Of a DNA stretch of 64,000 nt, positions 22,201 through 31,278 are shown piece by piece (position 1 is the stretch's first letter; each line of letters starts with the position of its first letter). The notes below the pieces were generated by a model that had not been told where the DNA came from, made no database searches, and saw only the letters and a list, made by a program, of their open reading frames with translations. Position numbers and translations under genes: made by a program. Source of the stretch: an uncultured Chloroflexia bacterium (GTDB lineage Bacteria; Chloroflexota; Limnocylindria; Limnocylindrales; CSP1-4); contig CAWFLS010000021.1 in assembly GCA_963816675.1 (NCBI GenBank), positions 206,242 to 270,241 on the forward strand. The letters are read 5' to 3'.

Positions 22201-22915
22201 CCGGTCATCCCGGACCCGATCGTGTCGCCAGGCGACGGTCGAGCGTCGACTCCGTGTCGGACTTCGACGATCGCCTGAGATCGAGGTCGGACAACCTGTC
22301 GAGCACGACGTCCGCGAGCTCGGTCGTCCCGGGCGCGGGCGGCATGCTCTCGTTCGGTACGAGGACGACCGTCATCCCGGCGTCCTTGCCGCCAGCACCC
22401 CGTTGCGAGAATCCTCGATGACGAGGCAGTCACCCGGGTCGCAACCCAGCTGCCGGGCGGCCTCGAGATAGACGTCGGGAGCCGGCTTGCCGTGGGCGAC
22501 CGAGTCCGAGGAGACGACGACGCGAAGACGTCGGCCAGCCCCGTCGCGTCGAGGGCGGCGGCGATCACCTCGGGGTGGGCCGACGACGCGACCGCGACCG
22601 GAACGTCGGCCGCGATCGCGGTGGACGGTTTCGATCGCACCGGGGATCAGCGGCGGGCCCTCACGTCGATATCGGTCGACGACGTCGTCGACGATGACGC
22701 GTTCGATCTCGAGGTCGGCCATGTCGAGCCCGAGCCGTTCGCGCATCGTCGCCGACCAGCCGCGCGAGTTCGCGCCCATGACCGCCGTCCGATCGTCGGT
22801 CGTCCAGCGTCCGGCCGTGCTGATCGGCAAACGCCATCCGCGACTCGTCCCACCAGATCTCGGAGTCGACGAGGACGCCGTCGAGGTCGAAGATGACGGC
22901 CCGGATAGGCGTCAC
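22197..22915 (-). CDS. HAD-superfamily hydrolase (beta-phosphoglucomutase-like subfamily IA; frame breaks)
   Basis: A GTG start gives VTPIRAVIFDLDGVLVDSE (DxDGV motif I)...VAVASSAHPEVIAAALDATGL...SSDSVAHGKPAPDVYLEAARQLGCDPGDCLVIEDSRNGVLAAR...AGMTVVLVPN. Confidence 0.8.
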
Positions 22916-23235
22916 GCGATCGCAGCCGGTGCGCAGGCCGGGTCGCCCGAGCTGCTGCTGTGCCGCAGTCGAAGCCGGCACCTGAGACCCAGCGCACCGC
23001 CCTCGGGCATCCACCGATCCTTCCGGACCCTCGGCGTGCCAGCGTCGGAATGCTGTCGAAAACGCGCGGGAACCGAGGCGCGGTCGTTCTCGCCGTCGCG
23101 CGCTCGCCCCCGCCCGTCGCTCAGCCGCATCGATCCCCTCCATGACCGTGCCTGGGCCACGCGCCGGCGCTCCCACGCCGTTCTGACGCCCCGCCGCGGG
23201 CGAGGCTAGCACACCTCCGTCGTCACGGATCGACG

Positions 23236-23253
23236 GTCATGAACCTTCATGAC
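23236..23253. promoter_or_regulatory. perfect 18-bp palindrome GTCATGAA-CC-TTCATGAC upstream of the LiaF-like/PspC cluster (candidate operator)
   Basis: It has 8-nt perfect arms and a 2-nt spacer, and is AT-richer than its surroundings. It lies 47 nt upstream of ATG 23300, in the 330-bp intergenic region. Confidence 0.35.
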
Positions 23254-23299
23254 ATTCGGCCGTTTGCGACGCAGAGGACGCGTCGACTACGGTTGGCTT

Positions 23300-24306
23300 A
23301 TGCAGATCCGACGTGGCGCCTTCGGCTGGGGCGTGTTCCTGATCCTCGCCGGGGCAGTCCCACTGGCCGTCCGCGGCGGGTTACCTGACCGACGAGCAGG
23401 TCGGACGCCTGTGGAGCCTGTGGCCACTGATTCTCGTCGGGCATCGGTCTCGGGCTGATCCTCAGACGCACCAGCTTCGATTTCCTCGGTGGCCTGCTGA
23501 TCGCCGGGACGTTCGGCCTGATGGTCGGCGGTCTCTTGAGTGGCGGCATGTCGGGGTTCGCGGGCTTCTCCGGCTTCCCAGGTACCGGATGCGGTTCGAG
23601 CACGAGCGGCGTCGCCTTCCCGACCCGGAATGGGTCGATCGATGAGAGCGCCGGAACCGTCGACCTTCGTATCGACTGCGGCAACCTGACGCGTCGGAGT
23701 CGCGTCCGGCACCGCCTGGATCGTCGAGGGCACGGATGCCAACGGGACCGGCCCCGATCTGACCTCAAGCGACACGACGCTAACGGTCAGGTCGACCGAC
23801 CACGACGGGCGGGGCTTCGGCCCGTTCGCGAGCCGCGAGGCGTGGAACGTGACCCTGCCCGACGCGCCGAACCTCGACCTGTCGGTCCACGTCAACGCGG
23901 GCTCGGCGACCGGAGATCTGGGCGGCGCGACGCTCGGCGAGACGGACCTCGAGCTCGAACGCCGGATCGACGACCCTCGACTTCGGGTCAGACGCGGGCG
24001 ATCGAGAGCCTGGACGCACGCCTCAACGCCGGATCGCTGTCGCTGACGCTGCCGAACCTGTCGTTCGATGGGTCGATCGAGGCGAACGCTGGCAGTGTCA
24101 AGTTGTGCGCACCGGACGGGGCGGCGCTCCGGCTCCATACCGACGGCAGCAACCTCGCAAGCTTCGACTACTCCGGCCAAGGCCTCGTCCAGGACGGTGA
24201 GACATGGACGACGCCCGGTTTCGACACGGCGGCCGTCAAGATCGACCTCCGAACCCAGGCCAACGCAGGGTCGTTCGCGCTGAACCCGGAGGCTGGCTGT
24301 GAGTGA
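23300..24306 (+). CDS. membrane protein with C-terminal LiaF-like / toastrack-type repeat domain (frame breaks; alternative start 23249)
   Basis: MQIRRGAFGWGVFLILAGAVPLAV...LWSLWPLILVGIGLGLIL...GGLLIAGTFGLMVGGLL (TM helices). Repeated NAGS strands follow: LDLSVHVNAGSATGDLGG...LELNAGS...LDARLNAGSLSLTLPNLSFDGSIEANAGSVKLCAP...TQANAGSFALN. Confidence 0.55.
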
Positions 24307-24902
24307 CCGACTCTATCGCTCTCGTGACGACCGGATGCTCGCGGGCGTCGCCGGCGGCGTCGCCGAGATGCTCGACATCGACCCGTCGCTCGTCCGAATC
24401 GTGTGGGCGCTGCTCGTCGTACTGACCGGCGGGATCGCGCCTGCTCGTGTACATCATCATGGCGATCGTCGTTCCGCGAGGCACCCGATGGCTTCGTCCC
24501 GGCTCCTGGCTCGGCCGCCGGCGTGCCCCAGGCGAGGCGGCGCCGATGCGAACCGACCCGATGCAGCCCGGTGCGACGGGTGGGTAGCACCGAATGCGCC
24601 AGTCGATCAAGCGCAGGGCACAGGGTCGGCAGGCGGGTGGCTGGCACCTGATGGCTCCGTCGGTCCCGATCGGGCGGCGCCCGACGCCGGAGCAGGCAGC
24701 AGCCGCGCGGACCCGACGCCGTCAGCGCGATCGCTCCGGCGGGCTGATCGCGGGCGCGATCCTCATCGCGATCGGAGGGTTCTTCCTTCTCCGCCAGTTC
24801 ATGCCCGCCATCGACCCGGGACTCTGGTGGCCGGTCGCCGCGATCGTCGACCGGTGCCGTGCTCGTCGTCTTCGCGGTCCTCCCCTGCGCGCCGACGGCT
24901 GA
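24299..24902 (+). CDS. PspC domain-containing membrane protein (frame breaks)
   Basis: MSDRLYRSRDDRMLAGVAGGVAEMLDIDPSLVRIVWALLVVLTGGIA...LVYIIMAIVVP (PspC domain)...GLIAGAILIAIGGFFLLRQFMPAIDPGLWWPVAAIV. Its start overlaps the end of the previous gene by 8 nt. Confidence 0.75.
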
Positions 24903-24963
24903 GCGCGCCAAGGCGCCGGACGCGCGGCGCCAACAGCTCCCCAGCGACGACGGGTTTCGTACG

Positions 24964-26041
24964 ATGAGTCGATGGAGTCGTCGACGCGGACCCTGGGTCG
25001 CGCTGCTTGCTGCTGCCGGCGTGTTCGCCGGCCTGTGGCTGCTGATCCGCGGCCTCGGCGGATACCGTTCGACCACGGTCGTCGCCGGCATCGGCACGTC
25101 AAGGATCGAGTCCATCCCCGCCGGCGAGGTCCGGATCAGCGGCATCGTCGAGATCGCCGAGGTGGCGCTCGTGTCACTCCTGCAGAGCGTCCCGTGCGTG
25201 TACTACCGCTCGACGGTCGGCGATGAGGGCGATTCGCGCGTCCATCACCGAGGAACGAGCCATCGGCTTCCGCGTCCGCGACGAGACTGGGAGCGTCCGC
25301 GTGTTCCCGCGGGGCGCTCGATTCGATGCCGAAGTCCGGTTCGACGCGCAGCACCGACACCATGGGCGATGACCCGGCTGGTCTCGCGCTGCGCACCGCT
25401 GGCTCGACGACAGCCGATCATCGGAGACTCAGACGACGCGAGAGCAGCCGCCACGGCATCTCTGCTCACCGTCCGTCGGCCGGAATCATGGCGATCTTCC
25501 TGGCCCGGGAGACGCGCAGCGGACGGCACCACTACCGGGAGGCGCGACTCGAGCCCGGCGATCAGGTAACGATCATCGGGACGGCACTCCCCTTCTCGGA
25601 CCTGTCGGATCCGACAGACGCGGATCTGCTCAGCGACGCTGTGGGCCTCGGACGATCCGGAGGTGGCCGCGGATCTTGCCGCTGCTCGCGCGTCCGGCAC
25701 ACTGGCCGACGATGCCGAGGAGGCCTGGGGGAATGCGGCGATCCCGGGCTTCGGCATCGGCCGGCCGGTCAGCCGCGCCGCATCTCGATCCCGGGGCGAA
25801 CCAGCCGCCGCTGGCGTCGTCGTCGGACGCTGAACAAGCAGAACGCACGTTCGATATCGCGCCTGAGACGCTTGTCCTCGCTGCCTCGCGCGATGTGCCG
25901 CTGCTGATCGCGTTCGGGAGTCCCGGAGTGGTCGTCGCCCGCGGGCAGCGCGCGTTCTTGACGGGACTGCTCGGCGCGGTGCTCGCCATCGCCTCCGCGA
26001 TGGTGTTCGCGATCAATCTCGACGGCGGATTCGGCCGATGA
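24964..26041 (+). CDS. membrane-anchored protein, tentatively GIDE-like (frame breaks)
   Basis: N-terminal TM: WVALLAAAGVFAGLWLLI. Then IPAGEVRISGIVEIAEVALVSLLQSVPCVYYRSTVGDEGD...GFRVRDETGSVRVFPRGA. C-terminal TM: FLTGLLGAVLAIASAMVFAINL. It is directly followed by lemA, which is a common GIDE/LemA pairing. Confidence 0.45.
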
Positions 26042-26615
26042 ATGCGCCGGAAGCGGCAGCCGATCGCGGCGGTTCTCCTTGTCGCTCTCATCGTCGGTTT
26101 CATCGTGCTAACAAGTTACAACGCTATCGTGGCACTACGTCAGCGGATCGATAAGGCGTGGTCGAACATCGACGTCATCCTCAAGCAGCGCCACGACGAG
26201 CTACCGAATCTCGTCACTGCCGTTCGCGATCTGATGGCATTCGAGCGGGACGTCCTGACCCGGGTGACGGAGACGCGCGCCGCCTACACCGCCGCGGCAC
26301 CGATTCCCGCCCAGGCGGCGACATCGGCGGCGACGAGCGCGGCGGTTCGGTCGCTGTTCGCGGTCGTCGAGCGCTACCCGGATCTGAAATCGCACGCGAA
26401 CGTCACCGCCCTGCAGGCCGAGATCGAGCGCCTCGAAGCCATGCTCGCCGATCGGCGCGAGCTCTATAACGACCAGGTCTATCGATACAACACCCGAGAT
26501 CGCCCAGGTCCCTGGCGGCCTCCTCGCGCCTGTCTTCGGCTGGCGGCCGCGCCCGTTCTTCGCCGCCGACGCAGCCGACGCTGCCCGGCCGGACGTGGAT
26601 CTCAGGATGGCGTGA
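26042..26615 (+). CDS. lemA: LemA family protein (one frame break near ~26500)
   Basis: [80 protein letters not shown]...[45 protein letters not shown] / [15 protein letters not shown]. Confidence 0.85.
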
Positions 26616-26616
26616 C

Positions 26617-27216
26617 GTGGAACACGGGAACGGCGGCCTCGAAGATATGTGGCTGGTCCGGCATGGCGAGACGGAGTGGGCCCGGCTCGGCCGCCACACG
26701 GGCCGCACCGATATCCCGCTGACCCGGCTCGGGCGGCAACAGGCCGAGGGCCTGCAGGCAACTCCTGGCCGGTCATTCGTTCGATCTGGTCCTCACGAGC
26801 CCTCTTTTGCGTGCGTCGGAGACCGCGACGCTGGCCGGCTTTCCCGATGCGATCGCCGACGAGGATCTTCAGGAGTGGGACTACGGTGAGTTCGAAGGTC
26901 GAACGACCGACGAGATCAACGACGATCGTCCCGGCTGGAGGATCTGGACCGGACCGTGGCCGGGCGGCGAGACGCCGGACGACGTCGGCCGGCGAGCGGA
27001 CCGTGTCATCAGCCGGGCGCGAGCCGCGGAGGGCGACACGCTGCTGTTCGCGCACGGCCACCTACTCCGGGTCCTCGCCGCGCGATGGCTTGACCTGCCG
27101 GCCACTGACGGCGCGATGTTCGCGCTGCGGACGAGCACCATCTCGGTCCTCGGCTGGGAGCGCGACCGACGGGTGATCGACCGCTGGAATCTGGCGGTCC
27201 CGGCGGAGAGACGTAG
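26617..27216 (+). CDS. histidine phosphatase family (phosphoglycerate mutase-like) protein (frame break ~26760; 3' end approximate)
   Basis: [36 protein letters not shown] (RHG motif) / [21 protein letters not shown]...[15 protein letters not shown]...[16 protein letters not shown]...[17 protein letters not shown]...[15 protein letters not shown]. As given the frame reads through into the next gene. Alternative-frame stops lie at 27214-27216 and 27246-27248. Confidence 0.75.
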
Positions 27217-27394
27217 CCGCCGCCGATCTTCATACGGGCGGGCTGTGACTCCCGGCGTGACGTTCATGCATTGGCGACGATCACGTCGTCCCCGCCCTTC
27301 GGAACCTGGGTTGAGCGATCCGCCGCTCACCGCCAGAATGGGCTCGGTCGTCGCGCATCGACCAGCGGCGGCGACCGAACCGAGGGGGACGTCC

Positions 27395-28060
27395 ATGACT
27401 CGAATCACTCTGCATGGGCCACGGGCGCTGGGGCTCATACCGCTTCTCGCGGTCACCGTCGGACTGGCGGCCTGCGGCACCGCGACCGCACCATCAGCGA
27501 GCCCCGCCCCGATCGCGACCGCGACGCCGACGCCCGCTCCGACGCCGAGCCCGGCCCCGACGGAGACTGCGACCGCCACTCCCGCGGCGACGCCGGCCCC
27601 GTCCCCCACCCCGGCGGCATCGCCGTCGGCATCGAGCGATCCGACGTCGGACCTGACGATCGCGCCGCCCTACGAGCTTGTCCCGCTCGATCCCATCACG
27701 TCGGCGGCGATGCAGGCCGGGATGGCACAGGCGCTCGGGTCGTTGGGCGGGATCGTCGACCTCGGGTTCCGACAGGCGACGCAGGGCGGGCAACCTGCAT
27801 GCATCGTCATGGTCATGGAGTTTCCCGGTCTGGGAGCCGCCAACCAGCCCGGTTTCCTCGAGCAGCTCGCGACCGGCCTCAAGGGAGCGACCGGCAAGGT
27901 CTCGGAATCGACGATCCTCGGTCACCCGGTTCGCTTCGTGACCAACGGTACGCAGTCCATGGGCATGTACGTCCGCCAGGAAGGTATCGTCGTCCCGATC
28001 TGCCAGTCGCCCGAGGCTGCGACCGCCGTGACGACGGCATTGATCAAGGCGGAGCAGTAG
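27395..28060 (+). CDS. lipoprotein with Pro/Thr/Ala-rich linker, function unknown
   Basis: GAGGGGGA lies upstream of ATG 27395. Sequence: MTRITLHGPRALGLIPLLAVTVGLAAC (lipobox L-A-A-C), then TAPSASPAPIATATPTPAPTPSPAPTETATATPAATPAPSPTPAASPSAS, then a globular ~130-aa C-terminus. Confidence 0.65.
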   Translation: MTRITLHGPRALGLIPLLAVTVGLAACGTATAPSASPAPIATATPTPAPTPSPAPTETATATPAATPAPSPTPAASPSASSDPTSDLTIAPPYELVPLDPITSAAMQAGMAQALGSLGGIVDLGFRQATQGGQPACIVMVMEFPGLGAANQPGFLEQLATGLKGATGKVSESTILGHPVRFVTNGTQSMGMYVRQEGIVVPICQSPEAATAVTTALIKAEQ

Positions 28061-28177
28061 CCGGACGTCCCGTGCTGCCGCGACAGGTACGACCAGTTGC
28101 GCGCTGTCCTCGACCGGCTCCGTGCTCGAGGCCTCACGGCGATGGTCGGTGACATGGCGCTCGGCGAGGACGCACTG

Positions 28178-29470
28178 TCAGCCGCTGACGTTCGCGGCCC
28201 CGGGTTGGAAGACGTAGCGGTCTACGAACGGATTGCGAAAGACGCCTCTCGGGTCGAGCTGGCTCGCCATCTCGACGAACGCCGCCCGATGCGGATAGCG
28301 CGCCGCGACGACCTCGGGTGCCATCGTGAACAGCTTGCCCCAGTGCGGACGCGGCTCGAATGGCTCGAGGGCCGCCTCGATCGCCGGAAGGAGGTCGCGG
28401 ACGCCGGGCCAATCCGGCCGCCAGGTGAAATGGATCGCGGCGGAATGGCGACCCTGGCTTGGGCTGAGCCAGAGATCGTCGGAAGCGATCGTCCGGACCT
28501 CGCTGACGAAGACGAGCAGCGCGATCCGGGTCCGGAGGTCCTGGAGCACCTCGAGCGCCGCAGGCAGGTCCCGCCGGTCGAGCAGGTATTCGGTCTGGAG
28601 CTCGTCGCCGGCGCTCGGCACGTGATCGAGGCGGAAGTGCGGAAGACGGTCGTGCCACGGCCCAGCGATGCCGCGTTGGACCGTGCATGCGTCAGCGGGA
28701 TAGCCGGGAATCGGGTGCAGGTCGCGCTCCGCAAGGCGGCCGCCGAAGCGCTCCTCGGGCGACGGCTCGGCCGGCAGCTCCGGCTCAGCCCCGACCCGCG
28801 ATTTCAGCCACAGCTGATGGAACACGGGACCGGACCAGTCGGTGAACGCGCTGACGCTGTACGCACTGGCGGTGATCTCGTCGAAGCTTCCGAGGAACGT
28901 CTCGAGAGGCACGTCCTCGTAGACAACTTGTGCGATATCGAAACGCGGTTCCACAGCGAGGGTCATCCGAATCACGACGCCGAGGGCGCCGAGTGACACG
29001 ACCGCGCCCGAAAAGGGGCCCGCGTCGTCCGCCACGAATCGCTCGATCTCGCCGTCGGCGCGGACGATCTCGAGCGCCGTGACCGCCGTCGCGAGACTGC
29101 CGGTGCTGTCGCCCGACCCGTGCGTCCCGGTCGCGCACGCGCCGGCCACGGAGATATGCGGCAGCGAGGCGAGATTGTGGAGTCCAAAGCCCGCCGCGTC
29201 GAGCGTCCGGCTCAGCTCGCCGTAGCGAACGGGGCCTTCGATCGTGACGGTCCCCGCCGCCCGGTCGATCTCGATGCTCGGCGTCAGACCGTCGAGCGAG
29301 ACGAGGTCACCGCCGCTGTCGACGATGTCGTTGAAGGAGTGGCGCGAGCCGACGACGCGCAGCGCATGGGCGGATCGGACCATCTCCTGGAGCTCCTCGA
29401 CTGAACGCGGTTCCAGGATGCAATCAACCTGATAGACGTGATTGCCGGCCCAGTTCGTCTCGTTCCCCAT
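28178..29470 (-). CDS. FAD-linked oxidase of the alditol/xylitol oxidase - D-arabinono-1,4-lactone oxidase family, intact (430 aa)
   Basis: MGNETNWAGNHVYQVDCILEPRSVEELQEMVRSAHALRVVGSRHSFNDI...PHISVAGACATGTHGSG...EVRTIASDDLWLSPSQG...HFTW...EPRPHWGKLF. Confidence 0.8.
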   Translation of the reverse strand: MGNETNWAGNHVYQVDCILEPRSVEELQEMVRSAHALRVVGSRHSFNDIVDSGGDLVSLDGLTPSIEIDRAAGTVTIEGPVRYGELSRTLDAAGFGLHNLASLPHISVAGACATGTHGSGDSTGSLATAVTALEIVRADGEIERFVADDAGPFSGAVVSLGALGVVIRMTLAVEPRFDIAQVVYEDVPLETFLGSFDEITASAYSVSAFTDWSGPVFHQLWLKSRVGAEPELPAEPSPEERFGGRLAERDLHPIPGYPADACTVQRGIAGPWHDRLPHFRLDHVPSAGDELQTEYLLDRRDLPAALEVLQDLRTRIALLVFVSEVRTIASDDLWLSPSQGRHSAAIHFTWRPDWPGVRDLLPAIEAALEPFEPRPHWGKLFTMAPEVVAARYPHRAAFVEMASQLDPRGVFRNPFVDRYVFQPGAANVSG

Positions 29471-29486
29471 CGGCGCATCATCAGCC

Positions 29487-30290
29487 CTAGCCGTCCGAGT
29501 CGTCATGGCCGACGACGACCGCCCATTCCGGTTGGTCCTCCACCGTCGCCCGGAAGTGACCTCGTCCGTCGTGGACGACGATCTCGACGCGGCGCGCGGG
29601 CGGCGTAAACGTCCCCTGACGGTACCCTCGACGCGCATGCCATCGTGCGCCCGCGCCGCTTCGAGCGTCGTCACGCTGAACGCCCCATCGCGGTACGCGT
29701 TCGTTACGCCGTCGTCCTCGTAGAGCGCGCCGGTCGCGCGACCGTCCTCGCCAACGTAGACGTGGAGTGTCAGCGGGTCGACCGGCCGTTCATCCGACCA
29801 TTGCATGGCCGGCCCCATCGGCACGATCGAACCGCCTCGGGCGTAAATCGGCAGATCGTCGTCAAGGCCCGCCGAGGCAAGGACATGGGCGGGTCCCTCG
29901 ACCGGGTCAACGGAGCGGAGGTCGTACCAGCGACCGGCCGGGACGTACACCTCCCGGTGTGTCTTGGCCGGTCTGAGGACAGGAGCGATCAGGAGGTCTC
30001 GCCCAAGGAGCGCCTCGTCCGCGAGCGTTGCGGCAAGCGCATCGGCCCGGTGGTGCAGGAACAGCGGTCGGAGTGGCCGCAGCCCGGTTTCGGTGGCTGC
30101 CCGGCATCCGGCTTTCGGCTGGTCCCCCTTCGTCGTGGTCTGTGCGGCCCGTCGTCTTGCCTTCGGGCTGGCGTTCGATCGAGATCGAACGCGCCTGGGT
30201 CCGATCGAGGCGTGCCCGGAGCGTCGCCGAGCACGGTGCGGAACGAGCCGTGATCGATCAGTCGGCGGGCTGAGACGGGCGGTCACTCGG
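29487..30290 (-). pseudogene. C-terminal remnant of a GH31 alpha-glucosidase-like gene; the catalytic N-terminal part is absent
   Basis: ETGLRPLRPLFLHHRADALAATLADEALLGRDLLIAPVLRPAKTHREVYVPAGRWYDL...LPIYARGGSIVPMGPAMQW...LTLHVYVGEDGRATGALYEDDGVTNAYRDGAFSVTT..., then a frame shift to VEIVVHDGRGHFRATVEDQPEWAVVVGHDDSDG*. Only ~200 nt remain before the next gene stop at 30313. Confidence 0.55.
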
Positions 30291-30312
30291 CGCCAGCGGC
30301 CGGGTCCCTCGC

Positions 30313-31278
30313 CTAACCGACCGGCAGCGTGCCTGGCGCCGCGTCACTCCACAGGTCGCCGTAGCGGTCGATACGGTCGAGGAGCGTTCGGAACCCGGGA
30401 TTGAGTGCCGTCACGGCCCCGGCATCGCCCGACGCGGCGGCCTCCACCTCGCTCCACCGCAACGGGGTCGACACCCGCGGCACCGGCGTCGCGCGTGGCG
30501 AGTACGGAGCCACGAGCTGGCGGTTTGCGTCGTTCTGGATCCAGTCGATGTAGACGCGTCCCGCCCGATCGGCCCGGCCGCTTCGCGCGATGACCGTCCC
30601 GGGTAGCGTCGCCTCGAGCGCTTCCGCGATCCCGCGCGCGTACGTCTTCGCGGCCACGAAGGTCAGACCCCCGACGAGGGGTGCCACGACGTGGAGGCCA
30701 GCCCGACCCGACGTCTTGACCACGGCCGACAGGCCGTCGGCCGCAAGGCGTTCGCGTACGTGCAGCGCGACGGTCGCGCATGCTGGGAGTCCGGCGGGTG
30801 GCCCCGGATCGAGGTCGAGCACCAGCGCCGTCGGTTCGGTCGGGCGGTCGACGCGCCAGCCGTGCGGGTGCAGCTCGATCGTGCCGAGGTTCGCCAGCCA
30901 GGCGAGCGTCCCCGGCTCCTCGATGAGGCAGTACTCGAGGATCTCGCCGGTGGCAGCGACGACCGGGTGCGTCGGCACCCACTCGGGACGGCTCCGGCAC
31001 TGCGCCTGGAACCAGCCGGCACGGTCGACGCCCTCGGGATATCGCCACAGCATCACGGGGCGATGTGCCAGGTACGGCAGCAGTACGGGCGCAGCGGCCA
31101 GGACGTAGGCGAGGAGGTCGCGCTTCGTCGTCCCGGTCGCGGGCCACAACACCCTGTCGAGGTTCGTGACCCGGACATCGCGGTCGCCGACGTGCACCAC
31201 CGTCGCATCCGCCGGGCTCGATCGACGCCGCTGGGTCCGAGGCGGTTGCTCGGTAGTGGATCGCCCTCGGTCGCTCAT
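30313..31278 (-). CDS. LigD-type primase-polymerase (non-homologous end joining / Prim-Pol domain protein), intact
   Basis: VRVTNLDRVLWPATGTTKRDLLAYVLAAAPVLLPYLAHRPVMLWRYPEGV...IELHPH...LVLDLDPGP...VKTSGRAGLHVVAPL...YIDWIQNDANRQLVAPYSPRATP. ATGA overlap with the ligase stop at 31275-31278. Confidence 0.85.
   Translation of the reverse strand: MSDRGRSTTEQPPRTQRRRSSPADATVVHVGDRDVRVTNLDRVLWPATGTTKRDLLAYVLAAAPVLLPYLAHRPVMLWRYPEGVDRAGWFQAQCRSRPEWVPTHPVVAATGEILEYCLIEEPGTLAWLANLGTIELHPHGWRVDRPTEPTALVLDLDPGPPAGLPACATVALHVRERLAADGLSAVVKTSGRAGLHVVAPLVGGLTFVAAKTYARGIAEALEATLPGTVIARSGRADRAGRVYIDWIQNDANRQLVAPYSPRATPVPRVSTPLRWSEVEAAASGDAGAVTALNPGFRTLLDRIDRYGDLWSDAAPGTLPVG

Noticed and set aside
27190-27400. 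A minus-strand reading resembling a ThiS/MoaD-like small protein (LAVSGGSLNP...GDDVIVANA...MKIGGG).
   Set aside because: The pieces lie in different frames. The interval is too short for a ~66-aa protein without overlapping the lipoprotein start. No start codon or RBS is evident.
26807-28060. A 417-aa ORF joining the histidine phosphatase to the downstream lipoprotein.
   Set aside because: The lipoprotein has its own RBS, ATG (27395) and signal peptide with lipobox. The phosphatase family normally ends shortly after the ...RWN motif near 27190. The lack of a stop in this frame is most likely due to an indel.
28178-30286. A 702-aa ORF suggesting a GH31-oxidase fusion protein.
   Set aside because: The oxidase has its own ATG (29470). 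The GH31 remnant ends in a different frame (TAG 29487-29489). The continuous frame is coincidental.
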